In this document: piece by piece, positions 49,346-63,017 of the stretch
Layout of the letters: every line of letters begins with the position of its first letter
Numbering within the stretch: the stretch's first letter is position 1
Assembly: GCA_053919585.1 (NCBI GenBank)
Contig: CM132787.1
Strand: one strand, 5' to 3'
DNA: 64,000 nucleotides
DNA from: Euprymna scolopes
Lineage: Eukaryota
Made by a program: the position numbers and the translations under genes
The notes under the pieces: model-generated
Told to the model about the DNA's origin: nothing
The model's database searches: none
Seen by the model: only the letters and a program-made list of their open reading frames with translations

Positions 49346-49748
49346 TGAAATTGAAGATACGAGTAGAATATGAGTCTCGGGAGACCGTCGTCAATGCCAG
49401 AAATGCCTCCGAACAGACAGCGGCTCCAGAACTGAGCCAGTATATCGAATTACAGCATGAAATCATACACACACATATTTATTATTATTATTATGTTATT
49501 ATACCTAACTTTCTCCTTATATTACTCATATGCACACAATATATGAAGACAGAGAATAAACGACATATATGCCTAGAACCATACGTACAAAAACAAAAAA
49601 AAAATAACAAAGACAAAACAGAAAAAAAGACTAACAAAAGAAAAAAAAATCCAACAAACAAATAGACTATTGCGTGTTGTTATATAATTTTTTTTCGAAT
49701 ATGACTTCAGAATAGCGTTTCATCCTTGTCCATAAACGTAAATCGGAC

Positions 49749-49899
49749 NNNNNNNNNNNNNNNNNNNNNNNNNNNNNNNNNNNNNNNNNNNNNNNNNNNN
49801 NNNNNNNNNNNNNNNNNNNNNNNNNNNNNNNNNNNNNNNNNNNNNNNNNNNNNNNNNNNNNNNNNNNNNNNNNNNNNNNNNNNNNNNNNNNNNNNNNNN
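49749..49899. other. Assembly gap (N run)
   Basis: N characters. Confidence 1.
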
Positions 49900-49960
49900 A
49901 GCAGAGTGCTCAATTAAAAGGAAAATCTGAAATGTAAGAGCGTATTTATATTTTTATATT

Positions 49961-50116
49961 TTGTGTACAGAAAGTTGTTAGATGAGACAAATCATTGGTA
50001 CCGTAGAGACGATTATTGGCTGAAGAGAGCTTGATAAGGATACCTTAAACGGTCCTTATTATCGGGCTTGAAACCGACGGTACCGATGATTTGTCTCATC
50101 TAACAAGTTTCTGTAC

Positions 50117-50120
<4 letters not shown>
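49961..50120. repeat. 44-bp inverted repeat (42/44 identical) enclosing a hammerhead core
   Basis: 49961-50004 ttgtgtacagaaagttgttagatgagacaaatcattggtaccgt versus 50077-50120 acggtaccgatgatttgtctcatctaacaagtttctgtacacaa. Confidence 0.95.
50006..50097 (+). ncRNA. Type I hammerhead ribozyme motif (Penelope-like)
   Basis: Stem I (gagacg)attattgg / ccgatgat(ttgtctc). CUGAAGA at 50020-50026. Long stem II gagcttgataa...ttatcgggctt. GAAA at 50070-50073. Quasi-palindromic stem III ccg-a-cgg. GUA triplet with predicted cleavage after 50082. Confidence 0.75.
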
Positions 50121-50154
<34 letters not shown>

Positions 50155-53110
50155 GAAAGAGAGAGAGAGAGAGAGAGAGAGTGACGGGAGAGAAAGAAAG
50201 AGGGAAAGAAAAAATAAAGAGATTTAGAAGTTTTTCAACTTTTAAAACTATATTAGAAAATAACTTCAAATCCTTCGTTGAAACCTTATTTTGCTTGCAG
50301 GTCAGTAAATATCTTGCAAGTATAAATTATTGTCGTCATATTAAACACATATTTATGAAATATTATTGCTCACATGTATATTGTTTTGCGTTTGATATTG
50401 TAACTTTTAAAGCACGAAATCCAAGAATGCTTCAGATTATGTTGAGTTGTTTCTCTCGAGTTGCTTTTTACTGTTCATGAGAGCAGCATTATGTCATGTC
50501 GATTTTTGTCACGACATTAATTTTCCTCACACCGACCCATCCCTTAATACACTCTCTTTTTCTTTTTCCGTTTCATTATAGTTTCTTCTAGTTCTATTGA
50601 CCTCCTACTGTTCACACTCCTTTTTCCTCCTTCGAAGAGGAAATGTTAACAGAACTCACTTTGAATACTGGCAATCCGTGACAGAATCTAAATAATAATT
50701 TCATTACTTTCGGAGTCATTTATATTTATACATCAGTTTCATAGAATTTCCCCGATTACATAGAATCATTTATTTCCTTTTTTCTGCTTTATTTCATATA
50801 TCTGTTCCATACCCCCAGAAAGTCTATTATATATATTTTTGCAAATGTATGTCATTTTTATATATATAATTCGCTTTTTTTTTTTTATTAATCTTCTGTT
50901 ATTTTCATTGTAAGTATTTTATCTTTTAAATATTTTAGAAGCTTGTATTATGTGGATGCATGTATGTATTTTACAAATTTGCCGCATGATTTCTTCGGAT
51001 CACTTATGTTTGGTATCGTATAACTTTCAGCTATTTTTCTGCAGACATTTTCTATCATGGTCAGATGCTATAGTCAGGATGCGCGTGGTTTAGTTTTACT
51101 GGTTCTAGAACCATGTGGTCCGTGCTCACTCGACAACGATCGCTAACCCCAATGTTGTGTGCCATAGATTTTCCTTCGTCTTCTCTTCTGGTCGTATCGT
51201 CGTATCTCAAATTCGCAGCTGCTGAGTATAAAGGGCGCAGGGTTCTACAAATATATAATAAAATAAATTTAAACAAAATAACACAAGCCGAGGCTGAGTT
51301 CGTGAATTGATGTCAGCTCATATTGCTCTGCTCCGAGTCACAACATCTGTTAGACTCACAACACTCGTCACTGTAACTGTCTTCAACCGGCACAAACCCA
51401 AGTCTGTCCGAAACCTGTTTCCAACTATCGTAAACTCTCGTAAAACTGAACTTTAAAAAATAGTTTTTTTTTCTTCTTTTTTAAATTCCTAATATATAGG
51501 GAGCACTTTGAGGGTAAAACCAGGTTAGCGTCAAATCACACCTTATATATGAAATGATAAATCGACAAAATAGAATACATTTGTAGTATTACGACGGGCG
51601 AATTATTTTGTTGCAGCTGAATTATCAGGATCATGCCTTATCATATAGACCAGGGGTGGCAACTCATTTGACCGCGTGAACGAGATTGTAATATAATAAA
51701 GTCGTGGGGAATTTTGTGATCATAAAAAAAGTTTATTTTGAATTTAACGGCAGAGAAGAACAACAGTCGTTGCTAGGGAAGCAACAATGATAAGTGGCTG
51801 TTGTAATAAAATAACATGGTGTGTCTCAGAAAGGAGTAAATGTTCTGCAAATCTGTGAAAATTCTCTGAATGTTACACCGCCCGATGTATAAGAAGTCGT
51901 GTAATGTGTGTTACGGACATATGGCATAAAAATTGCTTTTGCTTAATTTTTTAGTAATAGTAATTTTTAGTAATAGTTATGTAATATCAACGTTATAACA
52001 TTCAGTTTTCCTTTTTTCGTTTTTTGTTTTATCTCTTTAATTCGAATATATTGAAACAGTTAACAGGAAAATAGAAACATACACAGAAGCAGATGAAAAG
52101 AAAGAGAGTCACTGTAAATGCGTGGAAGAAGAAAAGGATACAGAAGTCTTCAAAAGAGTTTATATACACTTTTAAAACTATTCTAAGTGTTTGGAGATAC
52201 CATACATACTTATACCTGCGCTATTATAAGTTGCACGGATTGTGGAATCAAATTCCGAATTCCTCCTTTTTCAGAAATACTTTATTTCAGTGGAAACGAG
52301 AAATTCAAAATGATTAGAATTAATTCCAAGTTAAACTGAGTGAAAAAAATCTTTTAGTTCTGTATTTTTTTTAATTAGAGTTTTTCTTTCATCTGTGGAA
52401 TCTCAGTGGAATCTTTCTCAACTGAATATAACGTTTTTTTCAAGACAAATGTAATCAAGTTCGTATTATGCCACAAAAATAATAAAATCTTAATAATTTA
52501 CACCATTAATAATAATCACGATATAGTCTCACTACCTGACAATAACTTTTATTCTCGAGTGTCCTTTGGGACTTGACAATTGATGAGCATTTTGTGACTT
52601 TGAAACTGAACGAGAGTATTGCTCGTACTGTGACTTCCAAAATTTAACCAACGTTTAATTGATCTAAAATTCGACAATGGAATTATGAAATAAGGATTCA
52701 ACGAACATCAATCACCGCTTTCAATTAACACCACCTTAAAAGAACATTCCTTTATATGAAAAAAAAACATGGCTCATGTAATAAAGAAGCGAATACCGTA
52801 AAAAAAATGTATTTCATATAGAATAGAAATATGTGTGAAACATCCAAATAGCTTTGACTGATGTGAAAAGTTAATCAATTTTATGATAGGACGGGACTTA
52901 CTTCATTTTATCAGATATACGGTTACAATTATTTGATTGGGATTATGACTGCCGTTTAAGACATAGCACACATTGGTTCTATCAGCTTAAACCGTTTAGA
53001 ACTACACCTACCTTCGAACACATTACATATCATTCCAACCAGGGCCATCTTCGAATTTATGGTATATAATGTTCCAAACAGATTACCAATATAGATAACT
53101 AAACAGGTTT

Positions 53111-53152
53111 ACCGTTACTAAAATTGCGCCAACCGTTACTAAAATTGCGCCA
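53111..53152. repeat. 21-bp tandem duplication
   Basis: accgttactaaaattgcgcca x2. Confidence 0.9.
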
Positions 53153-53709
53153 TTCAATAATAACTAATATTCCAACATTTATAAAATGTAAAAAAGGGTA
53201 AATTCATCTCTTACGAAATATTTATTTGATGAAAATATTAGTTTTAAATTTATCTAACTTTTACTGTTTTAATTTCTAAAATTCTACTCGTAATAATATA
53301 TTTAACATTTCATATATTAACACGAATAACGTAAGCGATTGCCGCCAATCAAGCTTTGAAGGAGAGGCGGGAAATCTTAATAACACCAACGACAAGTGCA
53401 ATGTGATATTGAAACTGACTTGCCTTCCGCTATGTCTGATACCGTGTGATTACGTCTCCTCGTTTTGCCCGACAGATATTCGACACGGCAACCGGCTTCT
53501 TCACACTCTGTCACGTTTAATTTGATTTACGCCTTTATTCCCAGGAAAGATCACGACGGTAAATATTTGATTAGATAGAGGGAGGGAGACAAAGAGAGAG
53601 AGAAAAAGAGAGAGAAAGAGAGAGATACAGAGGGGGAGAGGAAGGGAAAAGTTGGAAAGTAAGAGAGAGAAAGAGATATAATGTTAGCGACTAATATTCA
53701 ATTCCTTTA

Positions 53710-54595
53710 TCTGAAGAAACACCCTAAGTGAACGTATCTGTGTGTCTGTGTGTCTGCCTGTGTGTCTGTGTACATTTTCCTAACAAATAACTCTTTCAAT
53801 GTTCAGTCTCGAAATTTGATATACAGAGTACTGAGATTTGGGAAAGACTTTGTAATCCATTTTCGGCCAGAAATTTGGCTTTTTAAATGATTTGACCTTT
53901 GAGGGCTCTACCAAACTCCTCCGACAATTTTGGGTCTAAACACTTGAAATTTTAGATATAGCTTCTTTGAACATGGATCTAACTTAATAACTTGATGAGA
54001 TCCCAAAAAACAAATATTAAGGGGTCATAATAGGGGTAAAAGTTAAAAAAAAAATTTACCTCTGCGGTGTCTACCTAATTACTCAGACAATTTCTGGTCT
54101 AAACATTTGAAATTTTACATAAAGTGTTTTCAGAGATAGGGCAAGCTTTTTAATCGGTTTGGTCGCAAATTTTTATTTACAAATATATAAATGTATGTAT
54201 GTATGTATGTTTGCATGTCTGCCTAAAACTTTCGACAGAGGGAACGGATTTTTACGAGATCAGTATCGTTTTGAAGTTCGACCTTTCTGACGACAAATAT
54301 GGAAAAATTGTCTAAAACATTAATATCTTCACCTTCAACTGCGACCTTTTTTAGAGGGAGGGTCGCTTTTTTCGCCGATATTTTTTAAAGTAATTGTCTT
54401 CTTTCGATTGTCTAGCCTTAATTAAAACCTACGTCACTTCCGGTTTGGCGATGGTCGTAACAATAGAGGCGTCAGGGGTTCCCCGTTCTTTTCCTCCTTC
54501 GGGGTACGGGTTCGAGCCTGCCTTCCTTCTACCACTTATTCTTTTGCTCAACACGCACATCCAAAGACCCCGAGAAACGCCGCTCTGAAATGCTA

Positions 54596-54596
<1 letters not shown>
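53710..54596 (+). mobile_element. Putative non-autonomous Helitron/Helentron-like element
   Basis: 5' TC followed by a (TGTGTC)n-type tract, an internal (TATG)n, and a 3' end cccgagaaacgccg...gCTAG|t. Confidence 0.5.
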
Positions 54597-54634
<38 letters not shown>

Positions 54635-54683
54635 TATATGTGTGTGTGTGTGTGTGTGTATTATTATTATTATTATTATTATT

Positions 54684-55220
54684 GGCTCACATGGAGCTTT
54701 CACACAAGTCAACAAACGATCTGATGGGAGACGTGTGGTGTTCTCTGGAAGCTGAGTGGCAACAAGTCTCCCCAGACGTCCAGTTCTCTCCTCCTCCTTC
54801 GATAGCATTTGCAAATAAATTTGCATAATCTACACAGCCTCTGACCATTGTTTTCTTGTTGACATTGGCCATTGGTTTATACTGGAATTTGAGTGACACT
54901 AAGCCTCCCCAAGAACCCAGTTCTCTTCACACTTATCCAGCGGATGTCTGGCTAGTGCTCCCTCCTCGGTGTTTCCACCCCCCTCGACTCTTCTCGGCTA
55001 TTCGGTATCACTTTTCGATTGGGGGAACGATGGTGAAGCAATTGAGGGGATGCATGATGGGGGTGTAGAACATGTGGCTCTGCAGCTTCGGTGTTCCTAA
55101 TTCCCCGTAGCGCTTCTTCGTTATATTGCCGTGTGTTACTCTCCGCATTCCAGGGTCTTCCTTAATATTTCAGCCATTTTCATTATCGTTAGGCGTTGTA
55201 TTTTTGCAGCTATTCATCTG
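54684..55220 (-). mobile_element. R4/Dong-type LINE 3' end, third copy
   Basis: Homologous to 37345-37895, with an (ATT)n tail at 54660-54683. Confidence 0.88.
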
Positions 55221-57179
55221 AATTATTAAATTAGTAACGTATCTGCGATGTAAACAATGACTTAATATATCTTCTGATCTCCAAGGAAACTAATATAAAT
55301 TAGATCGTTAAAGTATTATATAATTAAGTATAACTGCTGGCGTCTAAGCTGACCATATAAATTTATATTATATGGATGTTGTCTCTGTTTGTCTGTCGTC
55401 GCAAACTAATTGGTGCTGATGTCTTCTGAAAGAAAAATCTTTAGCAGGGAGAAATTTCCACAAACTTGCTGTTTGGGCAAAAAGCTACTGAAATAGGACG
55501 GTCTATTACAATGAGGTAGCATGGCTGAATTGATGGAGATGACTTGGCCATCGAGTGAAACGAAGCAAAGAGCGGATGAATATTCTGAAACACACATTTC
55601 ATAAGTTTATCTATAGAAAAGACTCAGATAAGCAAGATCACATCTGTGAAAGGGAAGTTGCAAAGAAGAAGAAAGGGTTTGACCAATAAACTTACAGATA
55701 TGTTTTTGCACCTTATCAAGAACTCTGAAATGGAACAGATATTCACGAGCTTAAATGCTACAACACCATTGCACACTGGATCTTACAGTAGATTTGTGGA
55801 TATAAAGCATCGCTGAAGGAGTGAGACATTTTTTGGAGTGATAGAGAGAACTCATACTACGAGACTCTAATCCATTGGTATTTTAATAACAAGTGCCAAA
55901 CAGAGCTTAAATATCTAATACATTTTTAACGCTAATCAAGAGAACATCACACCGGCAAGAAAGAACTGATTTTATCAGAAATCTTATTAGATTAACTCAG
56001 CCTCACAAGAAAACCTCATATACATACGTGCAGTTGGACGCTAACGTCGGATAGTACTACACAGAATGGTGGTTGAAGAATGAAGTAAGCTGTATAAAGC
56101 AGTCTTTACTGTTGAGGTTTAGAAAGGTTATTGTTACTCCAACGGCAGAGAAAGCTATTGCTACCGGGACAACAATATTAAATGGCTATTGTGATAATGT
56201 GTGGCGATTATTGAAATGAAGAAAAGTGTCTTGGAATCTCTAGAAATTTTCTGTCCAACAATTGTATTCGGTAGGTTAAACCCCTCTCCTGAAAACTAGC
56301 AATTTGCTCTACTCCCCAAGCTGTCAGGAAAACTCATACATTACACACGTTATTGCAGTGGCGTCTTTAGCTTTCGGTCCTTAACCCTCGCATGCTGACT
56401 GCTTAGAAAGTCATTATCACTAAACATCTACACATTTCTCCTCTAAGACCTGCGTTAGAGTTTATTCTTATCGAGTTAGGCACTTACTAAACATAGTGTG
56501 TACTCAGATTTAAAGCGATCTACATTACATATCAATCATTTACTCTCATTATCTCTTACTTAGATAGTTTTGAAATGATTAATACAAAAACTAAACCGAT
56601 ACTCTTTGTTATGCAAAATACAACTTCCTTATTTTTTAAACGAAAGGTGGAGTTATCTTCCTTCATTAGAAATGGAAACATACTTAATACCTACAACTTC
56701 CACATATTCGCATATACTAAAATTCGCACTTATATATTTACTTAATTATACATATGGAATACGCTATAGCTTGTAATTTACTTCCAGTTATATCTGTATT
56801 GTATTGTATTTCAAATCAAAAATGACGTTACTTGTATCCATATCGAATATACATCTTAACCCTTCTGTCATCTAAAATATTCAGAGCTTGGACACCAAAT
56901 TTTTAGTTTAATTCTTAATATCAAGTCATACTGTAACGTTATCCTATTCCTAAGCTAACATATAAATAAAAAGAATTAAATATTAAGGGAATAATATTAA
57001 ACCATATATCAACTCCTTTCAACAAACCTGTTGAAAATATAGTTGCTTCCACTGCATGAACTTTTACTCATCCTCTCTTCCAGTAACAATAAAATAGCAA
57101 TGTCTCTTAATCACTTTGAGGATTGTAACTTTTCAGTAGATATATAACTTTTACAAACTAACCCATTAACATTAACTAC

Positions 57180-60100
57180 CCATGCGGGTTCGCAGAAATA
57201 CCTGGATTAGAACCCAGGCGCGAGGCAAACCCTCTCGGTGCTGATGGGCCCGTAGATCTTCCCAGGTCATCCGTCTAGGAGTAGGAAAACTGAAGATAAA
57301 CTTAAGGGGACGGAGGCTTCTCCAATCTTGGATGACAACCTTCTTAAAGATGGTGACTAAAACAAATTACCTGTTTGCAAACCTAAACTGCTTAAGGAGT
57401 AGATAGGCTCTGTTTATCGCTCGGATTCCATACGCCTTCTTTGCCTATTAGCGCGGCGCAGAGGTACTATCACAGGGATTCGACAGAACACTCAGTGGTC
57501 GATCTTGTTTCCTGACTAAGGCAATGAACGCCGTTTTCCCCGCTCCCGACACATCCAATCCCTCTGAACTGGGCACTTGGGAGCGCTTGAGTGTCATATA
57601 TGCCAGTGAAATTAGATTGGGCTGACCTTCGTCTGATGGGTTGTTGGTACCGGATTGACAGTTCATGGCTGCTGTTTCTGACTGGTAGTACAGGCGCTAT
57701 AACTCTTTGGTAGTGCTTAGAACGGCTGCTCCATCAACAGTTGTATAATATCGGGATGTGTGTAGTGCCATATGTCACACATGGACGTGGGCTTTCCTGA
57801 GGCCACAATCCTTGAAGATGAAAGGACAGCTGATGGTCACTTGTGTTGCATTTCTGGTACTCTGCATAACCACTTTTTCAGCACGCCTTACCTATACTGA
57901 AACCCGTAAAAAATGACAGTACAATAAAAATTACGCTTAACAAGGCCTAAACTCAAATACAACCAACTTGCCTCCTCCCTTAAGGTTTGCATTTATAAAC
58001 ATCTGTGGGCTTAGAACTTATTTAGATGATGTTGAAGCATTTCTCCTAGCAAAAACCCCGGATATCTTAGCACTAAATGAGACTAACCTACATTATTCCA
58101 TCCCCTCTAACTACTTTAACAGGCATGGATGTCCCCCACTCTGCCGTAAGGACTCTGACAGACATATGCACAAACTTGCAGTCTATATTCGACCCCCTTG
58201 ACTAGAGAAACAAACTTAGAATTGAACGATCAAGCTTTTGTGTGTTTAGACTTAACATGCAACATAACATTAGCTACATTTATTTTCTCTACCACTCTCC
58301 CTCGACCCACCCTAATAAACAAAATCTCTGACAGCATAGATACAGCATTCTCCCTCGACACTAGCGCACAAGTGCATGTATTTGGTGACTTCAATGTCAA
58401 CCATAGTAACTGGCTTTGATTCTCTACTTACGCAGACGCAGCTGGTAGCACAACATATAGCTTCTTTATATCTCATGCCCTATCAAAGATGGTTACGTTT
58501 CCAACCCGTTTCCCAGACCAGCAAGAACAACACGCTTCACTTCTAGATCTGTTTCTGACCAGAGTTCCTGATGATTGTAAAACGAATGTCCCAGCCCAGT
58601 TGGGAACGATATCATGCAGTGATAATAGTTGAAATCGCCCTAAACTTAGGAACTCGTGATTTCTGGAAAATCTGCAACAGTGTAGTAAATAATCGGCAAT
58701 CTACGATTCCCCCACTCTCCAACAATCATGAGGTTGTTTGCGCAGCAACCAAGAAGGCTAACATGCTTGCTAGTGGGTTCGCCTCCAACTCAACAGTGGA
58801 CCCTGCTAACCACCCCCTGCCTGACTTTCCTTTACGGACAGACGTCACACTAGACGATCTTTAAATCACCCCTTCTCAGGTGCTTGCTATCATAAAAAGC
58901 CTTAACACTTCAAAAGCATGTGGACCTGATCTCATCCCGGCTGTGCTATTCAATAAATGGTCCGTCGAAGTAGCTCCAGTTCTCTCCAAACTTTACAACA
59001 AATACCTTAATGAATCTCGCTTTCCTCATACATGATAAACTGCTTCAGTGGTACCAGTTTTCATGAGTTCTTGCGAGGGAACTGACCCAATTATTTATCG
59101 CCCTATTAGCATCCTCCCTTTTCCGCCAAAATATTCGAGTCCATAATTCACCAAGCTCTAGTCGATCACCTTACACTAAACTTCTGACCAACCAAAAATA
59201 TAGATTTAGGCAAGCCTGTTCCACAGCAGATATCCTAACTGTAATCTCTGAACGTATATACCATCCACTGGACAAAGCCAGGGGAGCGTAGAGCGGTAGC
59301 TCAAGATATATCTAAGGCTTTTGACAGGGTATGGCATGAAGGGCTTCTCAGGAAAATAAAATCATACGGTATCACTAGACGAAAACTTAACATAATTAAA
59401 TCTTTCTTAGATAAGAGAAAATACAGGTTGTCCTGGTCGGTCGTACATATAATTAATATGATATAAATGCTGGAGTGTCTCAGGGGTCAATCGTTGGACC
59501 TTTATATTTCCTAATGTTCATAAATGATCTCCCTAACAAAATTGTCTCAGAGATGGGTATATATGCTCATGACACCACACTCTATAACAGACATGACAGG
59601 AAAACAAATGAACGCATATCTAAGGAAATGGCAGAAACATCAGAGGAAGACTTTCAATCTGTAGTGGAATGGGGACAAAAATGGATGGTCACATTCAATG
59701 CTGCAAAGACTAAACATGTTTCCTTCAATAATTACAAGAAACCTTCTCTAGCAACAATAGCAATGGCCAAAGACTCATTATCTGAAAGTACTCCTTTTAA
59801 ACTCCTCAGCCTAACGTTCACAAGAAACATTAATTGGAACAACTACATTGAGAGCATTGGCAGGATCGCTTCGAAGAAGGTAGGCGCTCTCTTTCGTGCT
59901 AGAAAATTACTTACGCCCGAAAGTATCCTGCACCCCTATAAGGCCACCATTCGCCCATGTATGGAGTATGGTTGTCATATTTGGACTGGTGCGTCTGCTA
60001 CTAGTCTCTCGCTCCAAGCTAAGGTTAAAAAAGAGTCACCAACCTAATATGTCATTAACTGTCATCTAAGCTCTAGCCTCTGTCTCATCGCCGAAATGTT

Positions 60101-60439
60101 GCACCCCTCTGCCTTTTATACAAGTATTATTATGGTGAAAACTTCGACGAACTGCAAGCACTTGTACCCCCTCAACGTAAATACCCCCGATAAACCTGAC
60201 AAGCAGCTAAATCCCACCCTTTCACAATAGAGATCCCTAGATGTAAGATAGCCTCCTACTCCATTAGTTTCTTCACAAGAACTGCTAGACTTTGGAATTC
60301 TCTTCCGGGTCCCTGCTTCCCCAACTGTACTGGCATGCAGAAGTACAAGTGTAATGTGAACCTACATAGTACTACTGTTGCTTATGTCCCTAATATTAGC
60401 TTCCTACATCAAAGTGGCAATGTGTCTTGTGTGGCGTGA
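57180..60439 (+). mobile_element. LINE family A, decayed full-span copy with about 730-nt 5' leader and an about 400-bp internal deletion
   Basis: Colinear with 36-3170 from 57787 onward. The junction at 58645/58646 (ctaaac|ttagg) removes the equivalent of about 921-1325. YADD has become YAHD. A-rich tail at 60426-60439. Confidence 0.92.
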
Positions 60440-60444
60440 AAATC

Positions 60445-61615
60445 TAATAAATAAAAAAAGATATGGTAAGAACGAAAGGATCGTAATAGAAAAGCAGAAT
60501 GGTCGAAAGAAATGAAAGAAGAGTCACAGAAAACCGGAGAACAGAATGAATGTCAAAAAGGTAAAAGAGGAACACACGGCATACACATAGAACAAAGTAT
60601 TCTGAAGGTCAAAAATAGAAAAAAAAGAACCTAGCCATGTCATGTATAGACTATAAGAAAGAATATGATAGAAGCAAGCATGGATAATAGAATGCCTGAG
60701 CATGTACAAAATACCAGATAATAAAGCGAATCTGGTAAAAAATTCAATGAAAGCATGGAGACCTGAACTGATAGCTGATGAACAATACATAGCTGAAATC
60801 AAAATACAAACAGGGATCTTCCAAAGTGACTCCCTATTACATTTACTGTCCATTATAGCCATGATGCCCCTGAGCAACATCCTAAGAAAATGCCAAGCTG
60901 GGTATAAGTTTACTAACACAGAAGAATACATGAATCACCTAATGTTCATGGATGAACTGAAACTATTTACAAAAACAAAGGCAAAACTAGAAACACAAGA
61001 ATCTTTATCCAGGATATCTAAATGGAATTTGCTATGGAAAAGCGTGCATTGCTGATCACGTGGAGAAACCCGAAAGCAGCAGAAGATATAGTGTTGCCCA
61101 ATCAAACAGAAACGAGGGCACTAGGTGAAAATGATAGCTACAATTACTTAGGAGTGCTGGGACGCCATCAAAGCAACGAAAATAAAAGAGAAAATAGGAA
61201 AAGAATACCTCAGAAGAACAAGAAAACCTCTCGAAACCAAACTAAACCAAATTAAAGGAATAAACACGTGAGCAGTTTCACTAATAAGTGAGTCTGGACC
61301 ATTTATAAGCTGGACCAAAGAAGAATTAAGAAATCTTGACCAGAAGACCCGGAAACTCATGACAATGCACAATGCACTGCATCCGAAGGATGATACTGAC
61401 CGACTCTATGTAAAAAAAAGGAGGAAAAGGGTTTGTCTGTATAGATTATTGTGTAAATCACAAAAAAGGTTAGAAAAATGCATAATGCAGAACACCGAAA
61501 GAATAAGTGCTGAAGCAAAAGACATGGAAGAAACAAGCAAGAGAGAAAAGGAGACGAGAAAAATGGGAAGAGAAACAGCTACATAGACGATTCAGAAGGA
61601 TGACGAGAGAAGAAA
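60445..61615 (+). mobile_element. R4/Dong-type LINE reverse transcriptase fragment, decayed
   Basis: IDYKK.YD, WIIECLSMYKI, GIFQSDSL (canonical GIFQGDSL), NHLMFMDELKLF, YNYLGVL, LHPKDDTDRLYVK. Confidence 0.85.
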
Positions 61616-61787
61616 TGGCTTAATCAGATTGACAAGACAATTTTGTTTTTACAATTTTACAAGAGTCTTGCCCGTTGGCAAAGGCGAGATTGTTAATACA
61701 GCTTGAATGTCTAAAGTCAAAGGAATTGACCTGATGTTTAAGAAAGAAAATCAAACTAAAAACATTCAAAGGTTGAGACTATTATTA

Positions 61788-61838
<51 letters not shown>
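61788..61838. repeat. (AAT)n microsatellite
   Basis: Direct reading. Confidence 0.95.
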
Positions 61839-61839
<1 letters not shown>

Positions 61840-62822
61840 GAATCAAAAGAATACTAATACTACTAATAATACTTAATCAACTACTAACGCAAAAAGAAAA
61901 AAAGTGATGTCACTTGTAATATGAGTTTTTAAATCAATCCCCAAGAAATTTTAGAGGACGTCGTTACAAATATCTGAATTATTCGGAATATCTAATATTC
62001 TGCGAAAAGTGATCTTTGTCTACGTTAATTCTACGCTGTGAAATCAATACGTTTTACTGACGTTGGTTTTGAGTGTGAGCATGCTGGTGATTTGGGGGAA
62101 CTTCAGACAACGTTTCTATGTTTTCAAAAGTAGTTCAAGGATTATTGTTCTAAATTCTCAAGGTGAAAAAATATGAAGCAGCGAAATAAAAGAAACATAG
62201 AAGTTATGTCGGATAGTTTTATCATCAAAGATGTAATGCATTTATATATATGAAAGCAATAGTTGTATTGAGGAAACTCATCTTATATATGCACATATAT
62301 CAGAGGGTGAAAAATATTTTATCGAATTCTAGAAAGTATCATTTTAAACCATTGTCATTTTCTATACATATTGTTTTACTTAAACATATTACGATGATTA
62401 ATTTATAATGTTTTTATATCATTGAAGTGTAATTCATATTTTTCGACAAAATTCTCACTCATGTTGACCGAGAAAAGACCATCTTCATTAACAGACATGG
62501 CGTCATTATAATACTCGTCTTAACCCAGCATTACTGACCAAATATTTAGAAGAATTTAGTTGACATATATTCTTATTTAGCCTCCTAAGATTATAACTTA
62601 TTTCGAGGATTACAAAAGCATTTAGATGTTCTTCAGTATACTTAACGAGGGGAGATTGAACATGTGCTAGATTCAGTATTAAAAAAAATTATAAGCGAGG
62701 CATTTATATAGTTTTATTTTTTTAATTTCATTTGACACAAAGGAAATCTTGATCTCTATATTTGTGAACATACACAAGCACACACACACACACTCACACA
62801 CATATATATATATATATATGTG

Positions 62823-62860
<38 letters not shown>

Positions 62861-63017
62861 AAAGTCAGAGATATGTTTTCCGACTCTCCAACTTTCATAT
62901 TACGTGCGCCAAGCGTATTCTTTCAAAATTTAAAATAACACCGCAGACGAACAACACCCGGAGTCTTTACTAACTGTTTTCTTCAATTTACCATTATGAC
63001 GAGGAAAACAAAATGTA

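Noticed and set aside
51648-51690. hAT/Charlie-like terminus caggggtggcaactc
   Set aside because: No matching opposite TIR or 8-bp TSD was located.
57191-57250. Type II hammerhead-like arrangement (GAAA ... CUGAUG) in the family A leader
   Set aside because: Lacks A9 of CUGANGA and a correctly placed UH cleavage site. Kept only as generic structure.
62596-62640. Minus-strand CUGAAGA...GAAA motif
   Set aside because: No convincing stem II or stem III pairing.
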